Shown here: positions 28,472 to 37,123 of the stretch, one piece after another
Numbering within the stretch: the first letter of the stretch is position 1
Layout: every line of letters begins with the position of its first letter
Translations under genes and position numbers: made by a program
Notes under the pieces: generated by a model
What the model saw: only the letters and a program-made list of their open reading frames with translations
Told to the model about the DNA's origin: nothing
Databases searched by the model: none
Source of the DNA: an uncultured virus (IMG/VR IMGVR_UViG_3300049135_000064)
Taxonomy: Duplodnaviria > Heunggongvirae > Uroviricota > Caudoviricetes
IMG/VR virus record: IMGVR_UViG_3300049135_000064
DNA length: 64,000 nucleotides
Direction: 5' to 3' (one strand)

Positions 28472-29359
28472 CTAGCTGATGTTCAGCAGGGCGCTAACCT
28501 CCGCGATGACCTCCGCCAACCGGTCGGCCTCCGCCTTCGTCGGTGCCTTCGCGTCTTCCGCCTTCGTGTAGGTACCCGCCATGTTGAGCAGGGACTCAGC
28601 CTTCGCGATGACCTCAGCGAACGTCGGCGCGATGACCTTCGCCGGAACCTCCGGAGTCTCCTCCGCCGGTGCCTCCGGTGCCTCCGGTGTGGAGTCCTCC
28701 GGTGCCATGCCTTCGCCTTCGCCTTCCGGAGTCTGCTCCGGTGCCTCCGGCGTAGCCTCCGCCTCAGCCTTCCGCGCCGCCTCAGCCTCAGCCGCCTTAG
28801 CCTCCGCCTCAGCCGCCCGGACCTTCGCCGCCTCCGCCTCAGCCTCCGCCGCCTTCGTAGCCGCCTCAGCCGCCGCCAGTGCCGCCGCCGCGTCTTCCTC
28901 CGCCTTAGCCTTCGCTGCCTCCGCCGCTTCGCGCCGTGCTGCCTGCCTATCGGCCTCCGCCTTCCATACGTCGGCGACTGCCTGCCGGTCTTCGTCGGTA
29001 ACCTCCGCCTCCGGCATGAGCAGGGCGCGGGAACCGATCTTCGCGGCTACCAGAAAGTAGCTGTTGACGCCGCCCTTCGTGTTGTAGCCGAGCAGCTTCG
29101 CGATGGCGTCGCGGCCGCCTCCGGCGGTCTTCTGCAGTCGTGCCACTATGCGCGATGTCTGGACACGGGCCGTCAGCAGCGCGGTCTTAGCCGCGTCTAG
29201 GTCCTGCTCTGCCTTCGTTTCCACTGCCTTCGTGTCGTGCCACGTGGCGACTAGGTCCCGTACCTGCTGTTGCTTCGCTGAGTCCAAGCTATGCCCGGGC
29301 TTAGGCGGAACCGTTGCGATAACGGGGGCGGTCTTCGCGGTCTTCGTTGCTGTTGCCAT
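28472..29359 (-). CDS. Ala/Glu-rich protein, first gene of the early arm
   Basis: 295-aa ORF with coiled coil and PEAPE linker; downstream of the promoter at 29414-29442. Confidence 0.75.
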   Translation of the reverse strand: MATATKTAKTAPVIATVPPKPGHSLDSAKQQQVRDLVATWHDTKAVETKAEQDLDAAKTALLTARVQTSRIVARLQKTAGGGRDAIAKLLGYNTKGGVNSYFLVAAKIGSRALLMPEAEVTDEDRQAVADVWKAEADRQAARREAAEAAKAKAEEDAAAALAAAEAATKAAEAEAEAAKVRAAEAEAKAAEAEAARKAEAEATPEAPEQTPEGEGEGMAPEDSTPEAPEAPAEETPEVPAKVIAPTFAEVIAKAESLLNMAGTYTKAEDAKAPTKAEADRLAEVIAEVSALLNIS

Positions 29360-29413
29360 TGTTCTCTAGTCCTTAGCTAGTTCGGTGCCGGTCCGACCGG
29401 ACCAACACAACAA

Positions 29414-29442
29414 ACTATGCCTTAGACATGGCCTTAGGTCAA
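29414..29442 (-). promoter_or_regulatory. Probable SigA-type promoter
   Basis: Minus strand TTGACC-17 bp-CATAGT, with the same upstream CTTGCCTA box as the other two promoters. Confidence 0.55.
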
Positions 29443-29959
29443 GCCTAGGCAAGATGTACATACATCCGCACCGTGACTAGGCCGTGGCCATGCCGGGCCG
29501 ATATTCCGGACGTACATACATCCGCCATTCAATGGCCATTCAATGGCCAAATTCCGCGCGGGCATTGACAAAACCGACCCCCGTACCCCCGGACAACCGC
29601 CCCGAACGGCCCCCGGATGCACGGTAGGCGTCCTGGTAAATGGATCCGACCTGGGGATGGTTTCCGTAGACGGTTTTGCCGGTCCGGGTGGGGGATTTGA
29701 GGCCGTCCGTGGACGGTTCGATCCAGTTTTGGGCCTTCGGCTGGACAAAAGTGTCGAGCCCTAACGGGCTGGGAAAAAAACTTGAAGCCCTGACGGGCTT
29801 TTCGTCTACGTTCCGTCCACCATCCGGGAAATTTCCGGACATTCGGGGGTGGTAGTAGGAGTTTCGGGGCATTTCCGTCTACACTTTCAATACACCGTCC
29901 TTTGGGGATGTGGTATTCAGGCTCCGTGGGGGAGCCGTGTGCAGGGAAAGGGGACCGTT

Positions 29960-30232
29960 ATGGCCGACTCTGAGGAAGCAATGGCGGTCCCCGGACCCGA
30001 CGACTTCGACACTTTTGAGGATCTGCTCCGCGGATTCACGCGAGACAGGGTTCCGTCCTGGTCTGACGTCCAGAAGCTGTCATTTGAACAGAACTCCGCC
30101 GCCCGGGTGTGCACCAAGGCGTTCATCGACGGGAACATGGAGCTGGTGCGCGCCGCAGCGGACGACTACGCGCGGATTGACGCCGAGAAGTCGCGGATGA
30201 TCGGGATTTTGCAGGAACTGCAGGACATCTGA
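29960..30232 (+). CDS. Hypothetical protein
   Basis: AAAGGGG RBS; first rightward gene. Confidence 0.65.
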   Translation: MADSEEAMAVPGPDDFDTFEDLLRGFTRDRVPSWSDVQKLSFEQNSAARVCTKAFIDGNMELVRAAADDYARIDAEKSRMIGILQELQDI

Positions 30233-30233
30233 C

Positions 30234-30539
30234 ATGGATAACGTCACGGAGGCCGGTGGGAGAACGCTTCCCGCCGGCCTTCCGGCATCTTCCGCCCCGG
30301 TAAGGCTCGGTCCGCACCCGCCGTCGGTCGAAATGGTCCTCGACGAACACGACATGGCTGCCGGGGCGGCCCGGATGTGCGCTTACTGGGTGCTCGACCG
30401 CGACGTCACGCAGAAAACCCGGCTGGAGTACGCCGAACGGTACGCCAACGAGATGCGCCGCCACGACGCGAACGCGAGGGCGATGCTGTCGTGGATGGAC
30501 GCCGAAAACCGCCGGATGATCGAGGAGACCCGGCCGTGA
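30234..30539 (+). CDS. Hypothetical protein
   Basis: Fits the operon. Confidence 0.6.
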   Translation: MDNVTEAGGRTLPAGLPASSAPVRLGPHPPSVEMVLDEHDMAAGAARMCAYWVLDRDVTQKTRLEYAERYANEMRRHDANARAMLSWMDAENRRMIEETRP

Positions 30540-30778
30540 ACGGGCCCGACCAGTACGGATTCCGGGCCGTCGACAAGCTGGAGGACATCATCCGCGTGGG
30601 GCTCGGCCTGAACCAGGGCGTCACCGAGATAGCCGAGACCATCCGCCGCGAAATGCTGGAGCCGATGTCCGAACTGCTGCCGGACTCCTGCCCGTACGAC
30701 TGCGACTACTGCCGCGACGACGGCGGCGTCGTGGAATGGGGAGCGAACGACCCGTCTCGCCCGCGGAGGTCACCGTGA
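30536..30778 (+). CDS. Hypothetical protein
   Basis: GTGA overlap; CPYDCDYC. Confidence 0.55.
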   Translation: MNGPDQYGFRAVDKLEDIIRVGLGLNQGVTEIAETIRREMLEPMSELLPDSCPYDCDYCRDDGGVVEWGANDPSRPRRSP

Positions 30779-30996
30779 AGGGCTGGACCGAGGAGGACTC
30801 GGGGAAGCTGGAGCACCTGCGCAACCAGCTGGCCACCTCCGGCTACGCCGTCGCCGCAAACGTCCGCTGCGGCAACTTCGAGCGGGCGAAAATCGAGACC
30901 GAACGGTACTTCGAGCTGGACGGGCAGATCGAGGAGCTGAACCGGAAATGGCAGGACGCGTTCCACGGAAGGTACCGGAACCGGGCGGAACCGTAG
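30775..30996 (+). CDS. Hypothetical protein
   Basis: GTGA overlap; GGAGG RBS. Confidence 0.6.
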   Translation: MKGWTEEDSGKLEHLRNQLATSGYAVAANVRCGNFERAKIETERYFELDGQIEELNRKWQDAFHGRYRNRAEP

Positions 30997-31340
30997 GCGA
31001 CACCCAGGTTTATTACAAGGCTGGACCCCCAAGATGGGGGTATTTGTCCAAGACCCGGACTTACTCTGGTGAAACGCCACACTCCCTGTGTACCCTCATT
31101 AGTAAGTCCCCTGAGCGTTTCTGGACCACGCTCACCATCCCCACTGGACGGGGACTTTGGCGTCCTTGCTCTGGACCGCCCGAAGGCCCCGGCAGCCCCC
31201 ACGCAGCCCGGGGCCTTCCTTCTGTCCTCGCTAGCGTGGCTACTTTGCGACGTAATTCCCCGGCTTATGGGGGATTTCTGTTTACACTGAAAGGTGAAAC
31301 AAGTCTCAGGGCCGACGGCTCGCTCATAAAGGGGAACGGC

Positions 31341-31475
31341 ATGGTTAGTACGCAGCACGACGACCGTATCGCACGGCTCAGGGAAAAGGGCGCAGACCTT
31401 GCTCCTGTGATTGATACTGACAGCGACTCAGTGTGCTGGATAGACGAGGTACCTCAGACCACGGACGCCGAATAA
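31341..31475 (+). CDS. Small hypothetical protein
   Basis: AAAGGGG RBS; TAATG coupling to the next gene. Confidence 0.45.
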   Translation: MVSTQHDDRIARLREKGADLAPVIDTDSDSVCWIDEVPQTTDAE

Positions 31476-31681
31476 TGTTCGCCGAACCGTCCTGGCTCAC
31501 CTTCGCCATCTGGGCCGCCACCGTCCTGCTCCTGATCGCGGCCAACATATTCAACCTACGCACCATAAAAGCGCAGCGCAAAACTATTACACGCCTCCGC
31601 GGGGAAGCCCACGTCTACGCCGCCCTCGCCTCCGCCTACCGGAGGCACTACGGACCGCTCGACGAAAAGGACAAGAAATGA
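31475..31681 (+). CDS. Membrane protein
   Basis: N-terminal TM helix. Confidence 0.6.
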   Translation: MFAEPSWLTFAIWAATVLLLIAANIFNLRTIKAQRKTITRLRGEAHVYAALASAYRRHYGPLDEKDKK

Positions 31682-31869
31682 TCACCCCGCACCGGCTGAT
31701 AAAAACCATGCTCCTGATCCGGGTCATCTCCGCGGTCATGCTCGCCATCGCGCTGATCTGCTTCACCGCGACCGGCTCGTTCATCTACTTCACGTCCGCC
31801 GGATTCTTCGCCGTCGCGTTCGGCTTCTCCTCCAAGGCGGCACTCGGCCTGCTGATGAAGGAGCAGTAA
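31678..31869 (+). CDS. Membrane protein
   Basis: Two TM helices. Confidence 0.6.
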   Translation: MITPHRLIKTMLLIRVISAVMLAIALICFTATGSFIYFTSAGFFAVAFGFSSKAALGLLMKEQ

Positions 31870-32144
31870 TGCTGTACCGGATCACCGAAGACATCGTCAT
31901 CGACCTCGACCACCTCGTCGCCATGGAGACCCGCACCGCCGGAGGCTTCGGCCCCTCCACCATCCTCACCCTGCAGGTCGGCAACGAAGCGGTCACCATC
32001 AGCGCGCCCGGCCCGTGCGCCGAGGACATCATGCGCGAGCTGGAGGAAGCGGCCCGGAAGGAAGCCGAAGCCGCCGAGGAGCAGTTCAACCGGCCGTTCA
32101 AGCGGCCCCACTTCCCCTCCCCCTACAGCCGGTCCGGGGACTGA
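31869..32144 (+). CDS. Hypothetical protein
   Basis: TAATG coupling. Confidence 0.6.
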   Translation: MLYRITEDIVIDLDHLVAMETRTAGGFGPSTILTLQVGNEAVTISAPGPCAEDIMRELEEAARKEAEAAEEQFNRPFKRPHFPSPYSRSGD

Positions 32145-32145
32145 C

Positions 32146-32397
32146 ATGGGAGCCATCACCCTCGACTTCTCCCAGGTCGAACCCGGCACCCTGGTCACCG
32201 TCGGCGACGAACTCGTTGCCGCCGAACCCGGCTCCGTCATGTTCACGCTCTCCCGCGACGACGGCGACGGATGCGAGCACCTCGTCTCGCAGCTGTACTC
32301 CCCCGAGGAGGTCGGCGAACTCGCCGGGTCCCTCTTCATGCTCTCCAGAATGGCCCGCCGGCAGCGCCGCCGGTGGCGCAGAAAGGGCCTGCCCTAA
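32146..32397 (+). CDS. Hypothetical protein
   Basis: Fits the operon. Confidence 0.6.
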   Translation: MGAITLDFSQVEPGTLVTVGDELVAAEPGSVMFTLSRDDGDGCEHLVSQLYSPEEVGELAGSLFMLSRMARRQRRRWRRKGLP

Positions 32398-32600
32398 TGA
32401 ACCTCTCGCTGATCCACATCGCCGGGAACATCGTCATCAACCCGGTCGAAATCGTGTACATGGCCGAATCCCCCACAGACACCGGCCCCAAGACCCACAT
32501 CCAGATGACGCACGGCCACATCAACGTCGACACCACGGTCGACGACATCATGGGCAAGATCCACGACTCCCTCAAAAACGTAGGCTGGGGAGGTTTCTGA
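32397..32600 (+). CDS. Hypothetical protein
   Basis: TAATG coupling; IVINPVEIVYM. Confidence 0.6.
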   Translation: MNLSLIHIAGNIVINPVEIVYMAESPTDTGPKTHIQMTHGHINVDTTVDDIMGKIHDSLKNVGWGGF

Positions 32601-32776
32601 TGCCAGCCGGACGCCCCGCACTCGGCGACGCCGCCAAGAAGGTCACCATCTCCGTGCGCGTCACGAAGGCCGAAGCCGAAGAACTCCGCCGTGATTTCGG
32701 CACCACCTCCAAGGCGCTGCGCGCACTCCTGAGCGCCCACCAACAGGCCCGCAGTAAACGAAAGGAGACCGGATAA
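32600..32776 (+). CDS. Ribbon-helix-helix DNA-binding protein
   Basis: GRP...VTISVRVTKAEAEEL...SKALRALL. Confidence 0.65.
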   Translation: MPAGRPALGDAAKKVTISVRVTKAEAEELRRDFGTTSKALRALLSAHQQARSKRKETG

Positions 32777-32778
32777 CC

Positions 32779-33063
32779 ATGAGCATCACCCCCAAAGGAC
32801 CCCGTCCCATCCCCCACACACAGTGGGACGGCAGCATCAAAAAGGCAGCACAGATCATCGAAACGGTCATCGACCAGGGCGGCAAGGAAGCCGACGCCGA
32901 CATCCGCGTCCTGCACAACCGCACCGTCATCCGCGTCATCGACCGGGGCACCTACGACGACATCGAGGTCGGCGACTGGCTGGTCCGCACCGGAGACTAC
33001 TGGCACGTCATGACCGACGAGCGGGTACGCCAGATGGAAGCCGCCGAGAGGCAGATGGCATGA
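32779..33063 (+). CDS. Hypothetical protein
   Basis: QWDG...GDWLV; AAGGAG RBS. Confidence 0.65.
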   Translation: MSITPKGPRPIPHTQWDGSIKKAAQIIETVIDQGGKEADADIRVLHNRTVIRVIDRGTYDDIEVGDWLVRTGDYWHVMTDERVRQMEAAERQMA

Positions 33064-33212
33064 ACGCGCTGCTGCGGTTCCTCCGCCACGTGTTCAAGCC
33101 CCGGCCCGACGGGATCAGCGACGAGTTCCGCGACCACTACTGCGACCCGGTCAGATGCTGCGCCATCTGCGGCCGGCACACCATGCCGCACCGGGGGTGC
33201 ATGCTGCGGTGA
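33060..33212 (+). CDS. Small Cys/His-rich protein
   Basis: ATGA overlap; CCAIC..H..PHRGC. Confidence 0.5.
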   Translation: MNALLRFLRHVFKPRPDGISDEFRDHYCDPVRCCAICGRHTMPHRGCMLR

Positions 33213-33217
33213 GCGAC

Positions 33218-33589
33218 ATGACCACGATCACTGTCCGCGTCAGCACCGAGGAGAAGGCCGAGCTGGTGCGCAAATACGGCTCCCCCACCAAGGCGGTCCG
33301 CTCCCTGCTGGAACCGAAGCCCGTGCTCGCGCACAGCAAACCCGCCTACGTGCTGTGCGGGTCCTACCAGCAGTTCCGCGTCTGGCAGGAGGAACAGGTG
33401 CGGCTGCGCTCACAGGGCCGCGAGCACCTGCGCCCCGGCAACGCCGTGTACGTCGACCGGCCCGAGAAGCTGCGCGGGCTGGCGCTGCACCCGAAACAGC
33501 TGGTGCGCACCGGCACGTGGCACTCGGTCATGGACGCCGAAATGTCCGCCGCCGTCGCGCTGGCCCTGATGGCGGGAGGGCAGCGGTGA
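33218..33589 (+). CDS. RHH-domain fusion protein
   Basis: TTITVRVSTEEKAELVRKYGSPTKAVRSLL resembles 32600-32776. Confidence 0.6.
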   Translation: MTTITVRVSTEEKAELVRKYGSPTKAVRSLLEPKPVLAHSKPAYVLCGSYQQFRVWQEEQVRLRSQGREHLRPGNAVYVDRPEKLRGLALHPKQLVRTGTWHSVMDAEMSAAVALALMAGGQR

Positions 33590-34173
33590 AAGCGGTGAAA
33601 TTCGCCGAGTCCCTGTCCCCGCTGCTGGTGCCCCTCGACCGGGTCCAGCAACACAAGTTCAACCCCAACAACGGCGACCTCGAAAAGCTGATCGAGTCCA
33701 TCAAGGTCAACGGGTTCCTCACCGCGATCACCGCGGACTGGAAGACCGGGAACATCATCGCGGGCAACCACCGCTGGCAGGCGCTGCACGCGCTGGGGGC
33801 CACGCACATCCCGGTGATCTGGCACGACTTCACCACCGAATCCGGCACCCGGTTCCTGATCGGCGACAACGCCGTCGGGCAGGCCGCGCGGATGGACCAC
33901 GGCCTGCTCACCTCGCTGATGAACGACCTCCGCGAGACCGAGCTGGGCCTGCTGGGCACCGGTTACGAGGAGGCGCAGCTGGACCAGATGATGCTGGACA
34001 TGCTCAACGACCAGGACAAGCCGATCGACGGCCACGGTTTCGGAGCGGGCGAGGCCCCGATGGGCATCTTCCAGGTCGTCGTGGTCTTCAACGATTCGGA
34101 GGAGCGCGACGAGATGGCCACCGCCATCACCGACCGCTGGCCCGACGCCATGGTCCGGACGGTGAACCTGTGA
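33586..34173 (+). CDS. ParB/Srx-like N-terminal domain protein
   Basis: NPNNGD...LIESIKVNGF...IIAGNHRWQAL..LG...IPV...DN. Confidence 0.85.
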   Translation: MKAVKFAESLSPLLVPLDRVQQHKFNPNNGDLEKLIESIKVNGFLTAITADWKTGNIIAGNHRWQALHALGATHIPVIWHDFTTESGTRFLIGDNAVGQAARMDHGLLTSLMNDLRETELGLLGTGYEEAQLDQMMLDMLNDQDKPIDGHGFGAGEAPMGIFQVVVVFNDSEERDEMATAITDRWPDAMVRTVNL

Positions 34174-34727
34174 CCGAGCGCGAACCGTTCACCGGACCGG
34201 CCTCGATCGACCGGGCGCTGGAGCAGGGCTCCGACCCGAACGCGGACCTGAACGAAGTGGACAAGTCCGTCACCAAGGCCGAGGCCGGGCTGACGCTGGC
34301 GATGTCCGGTGCCAGCTACAGCCAGATCGCCAAGATGCTCGGCTACTCCAGCGCCTACCGGGCCCGGGTCGCCGTCGAAAGAATCCTGGCATCGGCGTCC
34401 GACTCCGCCGAATCCCGCGAGCACATGCGCGAACTGAACAAGCGCCGGTACAACCGGCTGCTGCAGTCCGTCATGGGCAAGGCCGTCGACCCGGAAGACC
34501 CCGAGCACCTGCCCTACAACGCCCGGGCGCTGGCCATCGTCGACCGGATCGGCAAACTGTACGGGCTGGACGCGCCCACCCAGATCCAGATCACGCCCAC
34601 CGACGACCAGATCAACCAGCACATCGCCTACATCCGGCAGATCGCCGGGCGGGAGAACGACGCCTCCGAGGCCGACATCTTCGACATGGGCGAAGTCATG
34701 ACGGAGAAGGATACCGACGATGTCTGA
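34170..34727 (+). CDS. Probable terminase small subunit (HTH)
   Basis: GASYSQIAKMLGY...IVDRIGKLYGLDAP motif. Confidence 0.65.
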   Translation: MTEREPFTGPASIDRALEQGSDPNADLNEVDKSVTKAEAGLTLAMSGASYSQIAKMLGYSSAYRARVAVERILASASDSAESREHMRELNKRRYNRLLQSVMGKAVDPEDPEHLPYNARALAIVDRIGKLYGLDAPTQIQITPTDDQINQHIAYIRQIAGRENDASEADIFDMGEVMTEKDTDDV

Positions 34728-34875
34728 CAAACCGGGCCGGCTGACCCTGCACGCCACCGACGGGATGGACGTCGCCTCGCTGCGGCTCGCCATGGAACAC
34801 ATCCCCGACGACGCCATCGACCCCCGGGCCTACTTCCACGAGGACGAGGTCACGTTCCGGTGGGACCATGCCTAA
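34720..34875 (+). CDS. Small hypothetical protein
   Basis: GAAGGA RBS; overlaps both neighbours. Confidence 0.5.
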   Translation: MSDKPGRLTLHATDGMDVASLRLAMEHIPDDAIDPRAYFHEDEVTFRWDHA

Positions 34876-35251
34876 CCCCTACGGCAACCTTGCCGGATTC
34901 ACCGACCCCGAGGACCCCAATTGGAGAGAGAACGCGCTGGCGCGGGTCCGCGCCCGGCAGAAGAAAACCCACCGCAACAAGGAGCGGACCAATGGGATGT
35001 ACTTGTTCTACGACGAGGGGATGCGGGCGCTGCTCGACGAAGCGGCCCGGCGGCGCGGCATCTCACGGGTGGGATACGGCAGGCGGGCCGTCGCCGCGTT
35101 TATCGCGCACGACCTCAATCTCCCCATCGAAGAAGTGCTGCAGTACACGGCGAAGCCCGCCCCGTACGAGGGTACCCCGGGCGGAGTGGTGAAGAAGATC
35201 AACGACGACGGGGAAGGCTACGGGCCATGGCCGATCGCCGCACTGGAGTAA
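34868..35251 (+). CDS. RHH-like DNA-binding protein
   Basis: LLDEAARRRGISRVGYGRRAV. Confidence 0.55.
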   Translation: MPNPYGNLAGFTDPEDPNWRENALARVRARQKKTHRNKERTNGMYLFYDEGMRALLDEAARRRGISRVGYGRRAVAAFIAHDLNLPIEEVLQYTAKPAPYEGTPGGVVKKINDDGEGYGPWPIAALE

Positions 35252-35363
35252 GGATCCTCTGGCTGCTGGTCTGCACCGCCGCGACCATCGTCACGACCCT
35301 GGCCCTGTACTCGGCGTACCTCTACTTCCTCTACACGTGGCTGACCAAGGGGAGCATCGCCGC

Positions 35364-35717
35364 ATGAGCTGGGACTATCAGGGGCGGGTGGTCCGCTGGG
35401 TCGACGGCGACACCGTGGACCTGACCGTCTCCAAGGAAATCGACATCGGCTTCCGCATCGTCCAGCGCGCCGAGTACACCGGTCGGTTCCGGCTGGTCAC
35501 GGTGGACACCCCCGAACGCGGCCAGCCCGGATACAACGAGGCGCGGGAGTTCTGCGAAGGCTGGCTCCCTCCCGGGTCGGCGGTCACCGTGGTGACCTAC
35601 AAGACCGACAGTTTCGGCCGTTGGCTGGCCGACCTGCGTTTCCCCGCCGTCGGAACGGCGTCGACATCAATATCGGAGCTGCTGCTGCGGCACAACCTAG
35701 CGGAAGTCTGGGCATGA
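35364..35717 (+). CDS. Staphylococcal-nuclease-like (thermonuclease) protein
   Basis: VVRWVDGDTV...RLVTVDTPE...DSFGRWLA. Confidence 0.88.
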   Translation: MSWDYQGRVVRWVDGDTVDLTVSKEIDIGFRIVQRAEYTGRFRLVTVDTPERGQPGYNEAREFCEGWLPPGSAVTVVTYKTDSFGRWLADLRFPAVGTASTSISELLLRHNLAEVWA

Positions 35718-36058
35718 TCCTCTACCACTACACCTGCAAACACAGCATCGAGCAGATCGAGAAGGACGGCTACCTCAAGCCGCACCTCGGGCTGGTCTGG
35801 GCGACCGACCTGTTCCCGCCGGTCCGCGAGGCGCTGGGCCTGACCTCCCACCTGCTCAAGTGCGACCGGATGGAGGCGGCGTACACCCTCGACTCCTCCA
35901 ACATGATGCGGTGGATGGACTTCCGCAAGCACCTGCCCGGCTGGTACCGGGAGCGGCTCGAATCCGCCGACGGCGCCATGCCCGTCCACTGGTGGGTATC
36001 CACCCGCAAGGTTCCGGTCAAACGCCTGGACACGTACCGCGGACTGGTGCGCGGGTAG
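35714..36058 (+). CDS. Hypothetical protein, possible ADP-ribosyltransferase fold
   Basis: LYHYT...I...G.L.P...VWAT. Confidence 0.5.
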   Translation: MILYHYTCKHSIEQIEKDGYLKPHLGLVWATDLFPPVREALGLTSHLLKCDRMEAAYTLDSSNMMRWMDFRKHLPGWYRERLESADGAMPVHWWVSTRKVPVKRLDTYRGLVRG

Positions 36059-36074
36059 GATCAGGGCCGTGAAG

Positions 36075-36266
36075 ATGAGGCACAGGGACAAGAACAAGCT
36101 GGGCGCGACGGCGACCGCAACGCTCACCAACGAGGACACCGGGAAGATCATGGTCAAGGTCACGGGCGGCTACCCGAAGACCGTGTGGAAGAAGTTCCAG
36201 CGGGCGCACCGGGAGTACGTCCGGCGGCAGCGTCCGCCGCTGCTGCACAACGGGCGGAAGCCATGA
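36075..36266 (+). CDS. Small basic protein
   Basis: Ends PLLHNGRKP. Confidence 0.5.
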   Translation: MRHRDKNKLGATATATLTNEDTGKIMVKVTGGYPKTVWKKFQRAHREYVRRQRPPLLHNGRKP

Positions 36267-36387
36267 CCCCGGGCTGGTCCTCCAGCGGCACGAGACTGGT
36301 CGCGGGAATCCTGATCCGCCGCCGGCTCAAATGCCGGAGGGCGGGCACCCATACCATCCGCCACTGTCAGAACTGCGGGGTGCACGC

Positions 36388-36531
36388 ATGAGCCGCCGCG
36401 GATGCTACATGACCGTCCAGTTCTGGAAGCGGTACAGCGTCTGCCCGAGATGCGGCCACGTCAGGCGCAGCTGGTGGGCCGACCCGCTGCTCCACAACGG
36501 ACGCAAACCGCGGAAGCGGGCCCGGGCATGA
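36388..36531 (+). CDS. Small basic Cys protein
   Basis: CPRC; PLLHNGRKPR. Confidence 0.5.
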   Translation: MSRRGCYMTVQFWKRYSVCPRCGHVRRSWWADPLLHNGRKPRKRARA

Positions 36532-36803
36532 GGATGATTGCCGCACGCGGTCCGGAGGAGCTGCTGGAAGCGGTCCGCGAAGGATTGAAACAGCGCGGCG
36601 TCACACAGGTGGAGCTGGCCAAGCATCTTGGCTTCTCCGCCAAGCACATGAACCAAGTCATCCACGGCAAGGCCGGGCTGGGCCTGCACCACATGTTCGA
36701 GATTCTGGCCTACCTTGAGGTCGGTGTCATGCTCGTCCCGATGGAACGGCAGCCAACTATGATCAATGGGAAAACCAACGACTACAAGAGGGCTGCCACA
36801 TGA
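36528..36803 (+). CDS. XRE-family HTH transcriptional regulator
   Basis: RGVTQVELAKHLGFSAKHMNQVIHGK. Confidence 0.85.
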   Translation: MRMIAARGPEELLEAVREGLKQRGVTQVELAKHLGFSAKHMNQVIHGKAGLGLHHMFEILAYLEVGVMLVPMERQPTMINGKTNDYKRAAT

Positions 36804-37123
36804 GCGACGACATCCGCAACGACCCCGAGTTCATCAAGTACGCGGAGGACGTCAAGAAGAACCTGATCCCCAAGCTGCGAGGCTCCGCGTGCACGGTGTC
36901 GATCGTGCCGGAGGGCGACACCGACGTGAAGTTCGCCGTCGAGCTGGGATTCAGCATCATGCTCGACAAGCCGGTGATCGCGGTGGTCGCGCCGGGCACC
37001 AAGATCCCGTCGAAGCTGGCGCTGGTCGCGGACGTCATCGTCGAGGCCGACTGGAAGAACCCGGAGAAGATGCAGGGGCGCATCGGCGAAGCCATCGAGA
37101 AGGTGCTTGGCCCGGAGTCATGA
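36800..37123 (+). CDS. Hypothetical protein, nucleoside 2-deoxyribosyltransferase/TIR-like fold possible
   Basis: AVELGFSIMLDKPVIAV resembles the ELG-x-A-xx-L-x-KPV motif. Confidence 0.5.
   Translation: MSDDIRNDPEFIKYAEDVKKNLIPKLRGSACTVSIVPEGDTDVKFAVELGFSIMLDKPVIAVVAPGTKIPSKLALVADVIVEADWKNPEKMQGRIGEAIEKVLGPES

Noticed and set aside
15140..29523. CRISPR array built from the palindromic repeat
   Set aside because: The repeat is only 16 bp, spacing is irregular (tens of bp to kb), intervening DNA is protein-coding, and there is no cas operon.
29960..30996. Paralogy among the first rightward helical proteins
   Set aside because: Similarity (AAR.C, GN.E...Y) is too weak to support by eye.
33586..34173. 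ParABS plasmid-prophage partition system with the palindrome as parS
   Set aside because: No ParA is visible, and the ParB-like protein lacks an obvious HTH and sits beside TerS as in many phages; kept only as a minor alternative.
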